Shown in pieces: positions 1 through 11,618 of a stretch of DNA of 64,000 nucleotides (its first letter is position 1; the number at the start of each line of letters is the position of its first letter). Both the position numbers and the translations under genes were made by a program. A model generated the notes under the pieces. It was given only the letters and a program-made list of their open reading frames with translations, did not search any database and had not been told where the DNA came from. Source of the stretch: Scyliorhinus canicula (lineage: Eukaryota); assembly GCF_902713615.1 (NCBI RefSeq), contig NC_052157.1:60662146-60726145 (forward strand). The letters run 5' to 3'.

Positions 1-82
1 GACGGGATTCGCGCCTCCCCCCCCCCCCCCCCCCCCCCCCGAGGCTTCTCCGACCCAGTGCAGGGTCGGGGAATCTCGGCCC
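1..82. mobile_element. Right end of GC-rich MITE-like element (truncated by window edge)
   Basis: Ends in GGGAATCTCGGCCC, resembling the TIR of the other GC-rich elements in the window. Confidence 0.55.
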
Positions 83-1478
83 ATGTGTTTGACCCTTCCC
101 CAGTCAATCCCCTTCCACCATCCCCACCACCACCCGGTGCCCTAAGCACTACTGCTAATGACTCTATCGCAAAAAGCAGCAGTGAGAGCGGACACTCCTG
201 CCTTGATCCCCGGTGTACCCCAATGTATTCCAAGCTAATCCTATTCACCAGGACACTAGCCTTCAGTGCCTTATACAACAGCCGAATCCAATCCACAAAC
301 CCAAACCGACCCAACACCTCCAACAGATATGCCCACTCAACCCGGTCAAACACCTTCTCCGTGTCCATTGCCACCACCACTTCCACTTCCTGCCCCTCTG
401 AGGGCAGCGTAATCATGTTGAGCAGTCTGCGTTCATTTGCTGACAGCTGTTGCTGCTTCATGAACCCCGTCTGGTCCTCTCCTATCACTTCCAGCATACA
501 CTCCTCTATCCGTGATGCCAACACCTTTGCATCCACATTTAACAATGAAATTGGACGATATGACCGTCACTTCTCCGGGTCTTTGTCCTTCTTTAAAATC
601 AGTGCTCTGGATGCCTGTGACAACGTTGGGGGCAGGGTGGGTTTGAGAGAGCTTCCCCCCTTGCCATCGACTTGTTGTACATCCCAACAAGCAGAGGCCC
701 CAGCTCCGACCCAAATTTCTCATAAACTTCGGCTGGAAACCCATCTGGACCGGGGGCCTTCCCCACCTACAATGAACCCAAACAGTCCATCGCCCTCTCT
801 CAGTCCAGTCGGGGCCTAATCCCTGCACCTTCACCTCCTCCACTCTGGGGAACTCTAGCCCGACCAAAAATTGCCTCATACCCTCCTCCCCGGTCAGAGG
901 CTCCGATTCATACAGGATAAGGCCGCAAAGACCCCATTCCCCGTACTCCTAAAGCATCCCGCTGGCCAGCCGCAGCTGCCCTACCGTCTTTCCCGTGGAT
1001 ACCAGCCCAAACTCCATCTGGAGCCTCTCTCCATTAGCAATGCCTCCTCCGGTGACACCAAATATCTCTGGTCCACCCTCAGGATTTCCTCAACTAACCT
1101 CAGCCTATCCTCCCGTTCCACTTTCTCCGTATGTGCCCGAATCAAAATAAATTCACCCCTTACTACCGTCTTCAATGCCTCCCACAGCGTGGAGGTCGTG
1201 ACCTCTCCTGTATTATTCAATTCCACATAATTTTGAATGGCCACCCTCACCCTCTTATAGGCCCCCTTGTCTACCAGCAATCCCACATCCAGCCTCCACT
1301 GTGGCTGATATTCTCTCTGCACCACACGTAGATCCCCCTAATGCGACGCGTGGTCAGAAACCACCACCGCCAAATACTCTGAATCAACCCCCGCCAACAG
1401 CTTCTAATCCAGTACAAAGAAATCAATCCAGGAGTACACTCGGTGCACATGTGAAAAGTACAAAACTCCTTTGGCCTC
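83..1478 (-). mobile_element. L1-clade LINE ORF2 fragment (end of endonuclease, start of RT), degenerate
   Basis: Minus-strand FSHVHRVYSWIDFF-like APE end, TLWEALKTVVRG and RT motifs; many stops and frameshifts; same family as 27850-31961 and 54046-55880. Confidence 0.85.
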
Positions 1479-1781
1479 TGTGGTGGTATGACTAGGAGGT
1501 TTACGGTACCTCTGGGTAGTGCTGCCATTGGTGCAGAGGACTCGCTGCCCATTGGCTCAGGCCGGTCATGTGCCTCTCTGCCGATTGGCTGAGGCTTGTC
1601 ATGTGACTGCTCGCCGATTGGCCGAGAGGCAAGTAGTCCCGCCTATGAGATGGGGTATAAGAACCCGTCAGACCCGGCAGTCGGCCTTTCTCTGTAAGTC
1701 GACTGCCGGGCACACATCTAGTTCATTAAAGCCTGCTATTTGGAACTTCATCACGACTCGAGTCCAATTGATGGTACATCA
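1479..1781 (+). repeat. 5' LTR of Gypsy element 1
   Basis: TGTGGTGG...TACATCA; TATAAG at about 1656; ATTAAA at 1725-1730; perfect 11-bp inverted repeat 1673-1683/1700-1710. Confidence 0.95.
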
Positions 1782-1804
1782 ATTTAATCAACTAGAATTT
1801 TGAA

Positions 1805-2600
1805 ATGCAGCTTCGGATCAAACCAGACTGCCTCCGCATCAGCCCGCATGCTACAAACGCATCAGCAACCTTTAAACATTGGTTGGCGTGTTTCAACAGC
1901 TACCGCACCACCACAGACAGCCAACCCACCAAGGAGCAGAAACTCCACATCCTCCACTCGTGCGTGGGCACCGCCGTCTACTCGATGATTGAGGACGAAC
2001 AAGACTATGACGCGGCCATGGATCTTCTGAAAGGATATTTCCTCAGGCCTGTTAACCAAGTCTATGCACGGCATCTCCTGGCTACAAGGCAACAGTTCCC
2101 CGGCGAGTCCCTTGATGAATATCGGGCCCTCGTTGTCTTGGGGAGAAATTGCGCCTGCCCGCAAGTTACTGCGGCAGAACACACTGAACTGCTAATTCGG
2201 GATGCCTTCGTTGCAGGCATGCAACCTTCTGCAATACGCCAGCGACTACTAGAAAAGGACACTTTAAGCCTCGCTGAGGCACGGACCCTCGCATCCTCTC
2301 TGAAGGTTGCCGACCGAAACGCCCACGCATATGCCCCAGGCCACGCGGCAGCCCCTTGGGCAATGTGGCACGCAACAGCTATGTCCCCTCGCTGACTCTG
2401 ACCCCCCCAGGCCTGCGCTGCGGGACGCCCCGATAAGCTTACGGGGCCCCGCTGTTACTTCTGTGGCCTGGCCAAGCACTCCCGCCCGCGCTATCCGGCT
2501 CGCTCTGCAATGTGTAAGAGTTGCGGTAAAAAAGGTCACTGTTCAGTGGCCTGTCAATCAAAGTCGGTCGCTGCTGTTCCGCACAGCGACCGCGGATCAC
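1805..2600 (+). pseudogene. gag: Gypsy gag (in-frame stops at 2393-2401; zinc knuckles downstream)
   Basis: MQLRIKPDCL...FKHWLACF; LIRDAFVAG; CKSCGKKGHCSVAC knuckle. Confidence 0.85.
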
Positions 2601-2638
2601 CCCCCCTCGCGCTCCCCCAGGGCCCCACGCGGCACACA

Positions 2639-2905
2639 GACCTCTCTGCCCCCGCTCCCGGCAACCACGAGCGACCCACAGACCCCTCTGCCCCCGCTCC
2701 CGGCCACCACGAGCGACCCACGGACCTCTCTGCCCCTGCCTCTAGCCACCACGGGTGACCCACGGGCGCCACCATTTTGGGTCCCGGACGCCACATATGG
2801 GTCCCAGGCACCGCCATCTTGGGGCCCCGACTCCACGTGTGGGTCCTGGGCGCCGCCATCGTGGGGCCCTGACTCCACGTGCGGCCGACGGGCGCCGCCA
2901 TTTTG
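2639..2905 (+). repeat. Two adjacent 42-bp tandem arrays in the gag-protease linker
   Basis: Unit A starts at 2639, 2681, 2723 (QTSLPPLPATTSDP); unit B starts at 2765, 2807, 2849, 2891 (APPSWGPDSTCGSW). Confidence 0.9.
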
Positions 2906-5900
2906 GACCAATGCAGAGGACCCCACCAGCGACTACTCCGCAAGCGAAGACAACCCAGACCTCCTGCCACGACTCGCTGCAGTGACCCTCGACCAGTTGC
3001 GACCACGCACGCTCTCCAGGGCGACGACACAGATCCTTCTCAATGGACACGAAACGAGCTGCCTACTAGACTCCGGGAGCACAGAGAGTTTTGTCCAGCC
3101 CGATATGGTAAGACGCTGCACGTCCCTGTTCACCCAGTCAAGCATAAGATCGCTCTAGCTTCAGGTTCGCACTCCGTCCACATCACCGTGTGCTGCGTAG
3201 CGGACCTCACGGTCCAGGGGAGGGTTTTTCAAAATTACAAACTCCTCGTCCTCCCCCACCTCTGCGCACCGGCACTCTTAGGACTGGATTTCCAGTGCAA
3301 CCTGCAGAGCTTGACCTTTACATTCAGCGGCCCTATTCCCCCCCCCTTACTGTCTGCAGCCTCGCGTCCCTCAAAGGGGCAGCATGGTAGCATTGTGGAT
3401 AGCACAATCGCTTCACAGCTCCAGAGTCCCAGGTTCGATTCCGGCTTGGGTCACTGTCTGTGCGGAGTCTGCACATCCTCCCCGTGTGTGCGTGGGTTTC
3501 CTCCGGGTGCTCCGGTTTCCTCCCACAGTCCAAAGATGTGCAGGTTAGGTGGATTGGCCATGATAAATTGCCCTTAGTGTTCAAAATTGCCCTTAGTGTT
3601 GGATGGGGTTACTGGGTTAGGGGATAGGGTGGAGGTGTTAACCTTAGGTAGGGTGCTCTTTCCAGGAGCCGGTGCAGACTCGATGGGCCGAATGGCCTCC
3701 TTCTGCACTGTAAATTCTATGTAAAAAAAAAAGTGGACCCCCGATCCCCCCCCCCCCTTCCTTGTTTGCGAACCTCACCCCGGATTGCAAACCCGTCGCC
3801 ACTAGGAGCAGACTATACAGTGCCCAGGGCCGGACTTTCATCAGGTCCGAGGTCCAGAGTCTACTAAAGGAAGGAGTCATCAAGGCCAGCAACAGTCCCT
3901 GGCGAGCCCAAGTGCTGGTAGTTCGGACTGGCGAGAAAAAACTGAATGGTCATTGACTACAGTCAGACCATCAACAGGTTTACACAGCTGGACGTGTACC
4001 CTCTCCCTCGTATTTCCGACCTGGTTAACAGGATCGTGAAGTACAAAGTCTTCTCCACGGTGGACCTTAAGTCCACCTATCATCAGCTACCCTTCCGCGC
4101 GAGTGACTGCAAGTACAATGCGTTCGAGGCAGATGGACGCCTCTATCACTTTCTAAGGGTTCCATTCGGTGTCACAAATGGGGTATCGGTCTTCTAACGG
4201 GAGATGGACCGAATGGTTGACCAGTACGGTTTCCGGGCGACCTTCCCGTATCTCGATAATGTCACCATCTGCGGCCACGACCAGCAGGACCATGACATCA
4301 ACCTCCAAAAATTCCTCCGAACCGCAAAACTCCTTAACCTCACATATAATAAGGATAAGTGTGTGTTTAGCACCGACTGTCTAGCCATCTTCGGCTACGT
4401 AGTGCGTAACGAAGTGATAGGCCCCGACCCCAAACTCATGCGCCCCCTGATGGGACTCCCTCTCCCCAATTCCCTCAAAGCCCTCAAACGCTGTCTGGGG
4501 TTCTTTTCTTATTATGCCCAGTGGGTCCCGAACTATGACGACAAAGCCCGCCCCCATATCCGATCCAACACATTTCCCCTGTCGATGGAGGCCCGCCAGG
4601 CCTTTAGCCGCATCAAAGCGGATATCGCAAAGGCCATGATGCATGCTATCGACGAGTCCCTCCCATTCCAGGTCGAGAGCGACGCGTCGGATGTTGCTCT
4701 GGCGGCCACCCTGAACCAAGAGGGCAGACCCGTGGCCTTCTTCTCCCGGACCCTCCACGCTTCCGAACTCCGCCATTCCTCGGTGGAAAAGGAGGCACAG
4801 GCCATAGTCGAAGCTGTGTGATATTGGAGGCACTATCTGGCCGGCAGGAGGTTTACCCTCCTCACAGACCAACGGTCAGTAGCCTTCATGTTCGATAATG
4901 CACAGAGGGGCAAGATCAAGAACGACAATATCTTGCAGTGGCGGATCGAGTTGTCCACGTACAACTACAATAGCTTGTATCGTCCTGGGAAGCTCACCGA
5001 GCCTCCTGATGCCCTGTCCCGCGGTACCTGCACCAGCGCGCAGATTGACCGCCTCCGGACCCTCCACGCGGACCTCTGCCATCCAGGGGTAGCCCGCTTC
5101 TATCACTTCATCAAGACCCGCAACCTGCCCTACTCCATCGAAGAGGTCAAGACTGTAACCAGGGAAAGCCACATTTGCGCAGAGTTCAAACCACACTTCT
5201 ACCGCCCCGAGCAAACGCACCTTGTAAAGGCGTCCCGCTCTTTTGAACGTCTTAGTATGGACTTCAAGGGTCCCCTCTCCTCCAACAACCGCAACACCTA
5301 CTTCTTAAGTGTGATTGACGAGTACTTCCGCTTCCCTTTCGCCATCCCCTGCCCCGACATGACCACGACAACCATCATCAAGGCCCTCCTCTCCATTTTC
5401 TCCCTGTTCGGTTACCCCGCGTACATCCACAGCGACCGGGGGTCCTCTTTTATGAGCGACGAACTGCGTCAATTCCTGCTCAGCAGGGGCATCGCCTCTA
5501 GCAGGACGACCAGTTATAACCCTCGGGGTAACGGGCAGGTCGAACGGGAGAATGGCACAGCCTGGAAGACCGTCCTACTGGCCCTACGGTCCAGAATCTC
5601 CCTATCTCCCACTGGCAAGAGGACATCCCCGACGCCCTCCATTCAATTCGGTCTCTCCTCTGCACTGCCACGATCCAAACACCTCATGAACGTCTTCTTG
5701 TTTATCCCTCGGACGTCGTCCTCAGGATCCCCACTCCCGACCTGGCTGACAACCCCCGGGCCCATCTTGCTCCGGAAGCATGTGCGGGTGCACAAGTCCG
5801 ACCCGTTGGTGGAACGAATCCAGTTACTCCACGTTAACCCGCAGTACGCGTACGTGGAGTATCCTGACGGTCGGCAGGACACGGTCTCCCTTCGAGACCT

Positions 5901-6258
5901 GGCACCCGCCGGCGTGCGGCCTCAACCCCCCACACCACCACCCTCCTCCCAGTCCCAACCCCCCCCCCCCCCCACCCGGTGCCCCCAGCGCCCCCGCAAC
6001 CCAGCACACAGGAACCCCCTCCCCCGCCAGAGCTTTGCTAGCGCCGACCAGGGGTACGGGCACAGGATCACGACTGCCGCTCCCGGAGTCAAGGACGGCC
6101 ACCGGCCCGACGTCACCGTCACCGCTGCGACGGTCCAGCAGAACATCGAGGGCGCCCGACAGACTGATCGAGTCGATCTGATGTTCCACTGGACTTTTCT
6201 CGAACTCCTCGTGTCATTCAGAGTTCCAATGTACAAGTTGCACATTTTTCTCATTTAA
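2906..6258 (+). pseudogene. pol: Gypsy pol (protease, RT, RNase H, integrase) with stops, frameshifts and a SINE insertion
   Basis: LLDSGSTESF; STVDLKSTYHQL; PYLDNVTICG; FQVESDASDVA; HPGVARFYH; MDFKGP; HSDRGSSF; GQVEREN; stops at about 4195 and 4819. Confidence 0.93.
3376..3732 (+). mobile_element. tRNA-derived SINE inserted in Gypsy pol
   Basis: GGGCAGCATGGTAGCATTGTGG head, GGTTCGATTCC B-box, CR1-like 3' end, A tail. Confidence 0.9.
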
Positions 6259-6459
6259 AAAAAAAACTTTGTTTACTGTTCATTGCTGTTCATTGCATCT
6301 GCACAGTCGTTGCGAGCCAGTGGGCAGCCACCAGTTATCTCGGTACACCTCGTTCTCTCTGGTCATACCACCAGTCCAACAGCCCTCCCTCCCCCACCTT
6401 TGACTTACTCCTGCTCAACCCCCCCCCCCCCCCCGGCTTCTTTCTCCACAAGGGGTGAA

Positions 6460-6762
6460 TGTGGTGGTATGACTAGGAGGTTTACGGTACCTCTGAGTAG
6501 TGCTGCCATTGGTGCAGAGGACTTGCTGCCTATTGTCTCAGGCCGGTCATGTGCCTCTCTGCCGATTGGCTGAGGCTAATCATGTGACTGCTCACTGATT
6601 GGCCGAGAGGCAAGTAATCCCGCCTACGAGGCAGGGTATAAGAACCCGTAGGACCCGGCAGTCGGCCTTTCTCTGTAAGTCAACTGCCGGGTACACAACT
6701 AGTTCATTAAAGCCTGATATTTGGAACTTCATCACGACTCAAGTCCAATTGATGGTACATCA
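6460..6762 (+). repeat. 3' LTR of Gypsy element 1
   Basis: Direct repeat of 1479-1781 with about 20 substitutions; preceded by purine-rich AAGGGGTGAA. Confidence 0.95.
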
Positions 6763-7507
6763 ATCTCCCAAACTGCCATGTGTCCATAAACCCCATCAAC
6801 TCTTTCACTGTAGCCAAAACTTTCAGGGACCTCGCGCACGACCGGTGTAACCCAGGATCCTGAACCATAATCAGCCGATGCGTGTCCGGGTCCGGAATCT
6901 TCCCTAAAAATTCCACATCATCCCAATTTGGGGCATAAACATCCACATCATCCCAGTTTGTGGCATTAACATTCATTATAGGCATCCCCTCCAACTTCCT
7001 GCTAACCATCACATACCTGCCCTCCCAGGTCGACTACGATGCTGCTGACCTCAAAGGCAGTATGACCACCACTGCCTCTTCCCGCGTCTCCTTTTCCAAC
7101 CTCGAGTGAAACACCTACCCCACCCACCCCTTCCTTAGCCACGTTTGATCCCCCAGCTTCAGATGTGGGTCCTGAAGAAACATTACGTCCCACCTTCAAA
7201 TTTTAAGTGTGCGAGAACGCGCGACCATTTAGCCAGCCCATGTACATTCCACATCATCAACTGGGTCGGGGGTCTACCTGCTCCCTCCCCCTTCCTTGCC
7301 AGTCAGCCATTTCCCTTCTTTACCCAGCTACATCCAGTCCCAGCTCCCCTCCATGTCCTCCCCAAGATGTCCACTGCAATCCCTCCTTACCTAACTGCGC
7401 CACACCAACATTTCCCACCAACATCCTTCCCCATCCCCCCATAACCAAACAAAAAAAAAACAAACCACCCCCCTCCTGTCAAAGCCCACTTCACTCCCGT
7501 TAACTAG
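6763..7507 (-). mobile_element. L1-clade LINE endonuclease N-terminal part and linker (continues 83-1478)
   Basis: NVYAPNWDD...IPD; ELMGFMDTWQFGR joins RPKEF across the Gypsy insertion. Confidence 0.8.
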
Positions 7508-8375
7508 TGTTGGTCGTTCTGGGTGAGTGTGCTGAACACTCAATTTGGCTCTGTTTCTTTTCTAAGCTCTGGAGTCGCCAGGTGTCGTTAAGACACTGCC
7601 ACAAGCTTCCAGGTGAGGTTCAAAGCAATAAAACCATACACCAATTAGTAAGTCCAAACAACTGAGTTTATTATAATACAATTATAATAACTACCCATGC
7701 ACACGCTATAAGGATTAAACTTACTCCAACCGCTAAATAACTAATACTTATCTCGAAGGAACTGCTGGGTCAGGAAACAAGGCCTCTTGCTCTGCTCTGG
7801 TCTGCAGACTTCAGGTTGGTATCAATTAAAAAGGGGTCAGGAGTGCCTATCTCTGGTAGCGATCGTTGGGAGGCACTTACTTGTTGGTGGCTGCTGTCCG
7901 AAGGCTGGAGCAGAAGACTGAACCATGTATGGGACCTTTCTTTTATAGGTCCCAGGGGATCCGCGCCCCTTTGGGCAGACTCCTTTACCTGCTTGGAATC
8001 GATTGGGTCTCTTCCCAATCGATATGTTTGAACCCCCCAATCATGGGGCAGTTCCTCGGTCACTGGGGCGGTTCTTGGGACTTATTGTTTCGGGCTTCTC
8101 TGGCGCCAAAGGGTCTGGCCTTCCATTGAATGTATCGATCTGTGTTTAACTTGTTTCCACTGTATCTGGGGATCGCCCGGTATCGCCTCATTTGTATGTT
8201 AACTGGTTTCTTTTCACAGTGCTGTCTGGTTTCTGCAACAGTCAAAACTGGTTTCTGCAGTCGTCCCAATATACAATTGCTTTGCAAGCTGCTTGCTTTA
8301 CAACATGTACATTTTCCCTGCATTCCTTGCAATCTTCCATTTTGTGTTGGGCAGTGGCCACCCCAGGTGGCTACA
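7508..8375 (-). mobile_element. Solo LTR, family B (LTR of the retrovirus-like element)
   Basis: TGT...ACA ends; perfect CTAG TSD (7504-7507, 8376-8379); minus-strand TATA and AATAAA. Confidence 0.92.
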
Positions 8376-8399
8376 CTAGTCAACCAGCTGTCGTTGGTG

Positions 8400-9121
8400 G
8401 TCCCCGCCGTTCGCTTCCGTCAACTCCCCTCCCCCCTGCCGGGTCGGAGAATAGCCGGAGGAGTGGTGTGAATCCCACCCCGCTGCCTGCCGAATTCTCC
8501 GCGCCAGGGATTTGGCGGGCATGGGAATCGCGCTACACCGGTCGGCGGCCGCTCGCAGCGGCCCCCTGGCGTTTCTGCGGCCGGTAATGGGCTGAGTGGC
8601 CACCCGTTTCCGGCCAGTCCCACTGGCGTATATTACACCAGGTATTTGCCGGCTGGACCTGGCTGCGCGGACGGCCTCCAGGGTCCTCGGTGGGGCGTGG
8701 GGCGATCTGGCCCCCGAAGGTGCATCCACGGTGGCCTGGCCTGCAATCAGGGCCCACCGATCCGCGGGTGGGCCTGTGCCATGGGGGCACTCTATTCTTC
8801 CGCGTCGGCCGCTGTGGACCTTTGTGACGACCGATGCGGAGATGAACCCCCCTGTGCATGTGCTGGCATCATCCCAGCGCACGCTAGTGCTCCCGTGCAT
8901 GCGCAAACTCGTGTCGGCCGGCGGAGGCCCTTCGGCGATGGTTGGCGTGGCGCCAAGCCCCTTCCCCACCGGCCGGCGTGGCGCAAACCACTCCGCCGCT
9001 AGCCTAGCCCCTGAAGGTGCGGAGCATTCCGCACCTTTGGGGTGGCCTGATGCCGGAGTGGTTAACACCACTCCTCGGCACCGGAGTTGCCCGCCCCACC
9101 GATTCCCGCAGAATCCCACCC
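8400..9121. mobile_element. GC-rich MITE-like element
   Basis: Ends GAATCCCACCC|CTG; internal GGAGAAT/ATTCTCC repeats; left end unclear. Confidence 0.7.
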
Positions 9122-9437
9122 CTGCTCTTCACGCCCCCACCCCAAACCCAAAGATAAAAGAAAGCACACTCACCATCTCCGCAGCCATTCTCATTAAATT
9201 CACCAATACACAAATGAATCCACATTTTCCACATTGAACATCTCCACAGCTCAGTGTCCTCACACACCTCCCAGTCCATGGTCTCTGATAAATTCACTCG
9301 CCTCCTCCGGCATATCAAAATAAAAGTCCCGATTATGATTTGTGATCCACAGACGAGCAGGGTACAACACCCCCTCCTTGTAGACGGCAGCCTTGATCCG
9401 ACTGTAGCCAGCCTGCCGCTTGAATAACAGGTCCTGG
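9122..9437 (-). mobile_element. L1 ORF1 C-terminus and inter-ORF region
   Basis: Minus-strand QDLLFKRQAGYSRIKAAVYKEGVLYPARLWIT. Confidence 0.7.
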
Positions 9438-9955
9438 TGTTATGGGCCAGGGTTTAGAGAACTCCAAAGTATATCATGCAGTTCACCTGACCCACAATTT
9501 TTACTAGATTGTGGTATGGGGAGCACACGGCCCACTCTACAGGTGTGGTGCAGCAGAAATGGAAAAGTATTTTTTAAAGCAAAACAATGTTTATTCGAGT
9601 TAACCTTTTTAAAACATACAGTGAACATTTTAGCAGCCATTTATTCAAATACAACCCCCAAAGACTACAACACTAAGTAAAACTTTAAGCTTTCCTTTTT
9701 AACATCCATACGACTTAAAAACAAAACCTTTATCAGAAGCACATCAGGTCAAAGTCACTGCTGAAAACATTTATAATTCTGAATTAACCAAATGATCAAG
9801 AGATAGTCTTTTGATGGCAGAGAGAGCAGCAGTGTATCTGCTTGGTCTGGCTTCAGCTCCAACACTGAAAACAAAACTAAAACACACCCTGCAGCCCGCT
9901 CAAAAACAAAAGTAAAAAGCTGACAGACAGCCCAGCTCCACCCACTCTCTGATAT
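9438..9955. mobile_element. Truncated LTR, family D
   Basis: Begins TGTTATGGGCCAGG; homologous to 12971-14158. Confidence 0.75.
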
Positions 9956-10515
9956 AGAACCAGAAAATTCCACCTCGAACGGGAGCCACCAAATGTGCGA
10001 CCACTCACTCCATGGCCACCACTGGAAATCCCTCCATTTATTTTCTGTACCGAACCCAACAACCTGACCCATATAAGAGGGTGATGATTACAATTGTTTT
10101 GTACCTGGGTTCTGCTGAACTAGGTTTCACCAGTCACAGATCGAGAGGTGGCCAAAGGAGCTGTTGGCCATGGTCAGTCAATTGTCTATGTCGTCATTGA
10201 ATGTAATGCTAAGAACACTACATTTTTTCAATGAATAATTATTCCAAGTTAAAAGATGGCACTTTGGGCTACAGATAGTTTCTCCTGAGACTGTGCCGGT
10301 TTCGGGGGTTTGTGCAAAGGGAGAAGTACCCCAGGCTCAATGCAGTGGAACCTCAGTTTGTCCTGAACAGTTTCATTCCCAGAAGGTTTTGTTCTCCAGC
10401 CGCTCCATCCTTATGCTCAGGTGCTGTTGTCACAAGGCCCCGAGCTTCACCTGAACAGGTCACCTCTATCGAAGAGACATGTCAGAGGCTTCATTTAGAT
10501 TCAAGCTAAATTAAT

Positions 10516-10528
10516 TTAGATTGAATCC
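10516..10528 (-). CDS. Last coding exon (truncated cytoplasmic tail, R-D-S-I-stop) of B7/BTN-like IgV gene
   Basis: Acceptor TTTTTTCTCTCCTAG; phase 2 matches the TM exon; acceptor and downstream sequence homologous to the tail exon at 50993. Confidence 0.75.
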
Positions 10529-11506
10529 CTAGGAGAGAAAAAACAGCAGAGTTCAGGTTATGGTAAAAGAATCCAACACCAAGTGAGTAAAGGAGCCATT
10601 CAGGAGCACAGACTCCATCCTCCAGCTGGGCTCCAGGAGATAGAGGATCCATCCTCCAGCTGGGCCTTAGCCTCTTCCAATAGCACATGGCACAGCTGAG
10701 GAATAATCTGTCACACCTCCTCCAAATTCATACCATCCTCTTCTTTTGGTAAGGAGACCATGATAACCATGATTCATGTACATTGGACAAGGACATTCAA
10801 AACCGTCACGATACTGACATTTCCCAGTCTCTCATCCTCAATGCTCTGCTTTTCAATTCTTCCGACCAAAGTGGATAATTCACATTTCCCACATTATGCT
10901 CCATGTTGCACCTCCTTTTCCAGTCACTTAACCTATTCATATTTCTTTGTATCCTCCTCACAGTTTACTTGCCCATCCAACTCTGTATCCTCAGTAAACT
11001 TGGACATAATTCACTCTATCCCCTGGTCAAAATCATTGATCTTTATTGCGAATAGCTGAGGCTCCAGCACTGATCCTTGCAGCACCTGCCAACCCAAAAT
11101 GACCATTTGTTCTCGCTGTTTTTGCCCATGAATCAATCCTCAATCCATGTTATATTACCCCCAATCCCCTAATCCCTAATCTTGTGTAACAACCTGTTGT
11201 GTGGCACCTTATCGAATATCTTCTGAAATTCCAAATATATTCCCCATCCACTGGTTTTCCCAGTGGAATAATATTTGCTCCTTTCCAATGGGATAATATT
11301 TGCTCCTTTCTAATCCACGGCGACTGTTCAACAGCTAGAGGATGACAAGCTGGAAGTGACTGGATAAAGCTGCTCAATGATAGGGTGGATTGAAGCATCC
11401 TCACAGCTCAGTGAACGGACAGTTATAGAGTTCACCAACATTGAACAAAACGTTATAAACCACAAACAGGATTAAAATGGAAACAGTGGAACGTTCTAGA
11501 ACTCAC

Positions 11507-11618
11507 CGTCTTCGTCGTTTTAAGATTCTGCGAACCCCAATTACAGCAACAAGAAAAACAACAGAAAGAAGAATTCCGATTCCCAATCCAACTCCTACTC
11601 CAGTTGAGAATCCAGGAC
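11507..11618 (-). CDS. Transmembrane exon of B7/BTN-like IgV gene
   Basis: TCTCTAG|GT CCT GGA...CG|GTGAGT; GPGFSTGVGVGLGIGILLSVVFLVAVIGVRRILKRRRR; phase 1-2; paralogous to 49539-49692. Confidence 0.85.

Larger units (their letters stand above)
1479..6762 (+). mobile_element. Gypsy/Ty3 LTR retrotransposon, both LTRs present, degenerate gag-pol
   Basis: 303-bp TG...CA direct repeats; gag with zinc knuckles, protease LLDSGS, RT, RNase H (ESDASD), integrase HHCC and DDE; purine-rich tract before the 3' LTR. Confidence 0.97.

Noticed and set aside
16-40. Long poly-C/G runs as G-quadruplex signals (many across the window)
   Set aside because: They are ubiquitous within repeats here, lengths are unreliable, and no locus-specific pattern is visible.
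58-819. 253-aa plus-strand ORF
   Set aside because: Antisense shadow of L1 ORF2.
2590-2760. Programmed +1 frameshift between Gypsy gag and pol
   Set aside because: One extra C in the C-run at about 2600 explains the offset, and this copy has other disabling mutations.
8376-9237. Long overlapping GC-rich ORFs (also 13252-14008, 17464-18452, 61675-62288)
   Set aside because: They lie in palindromic GC-rich MITEs depleted of stop codons and have no domain motifs.
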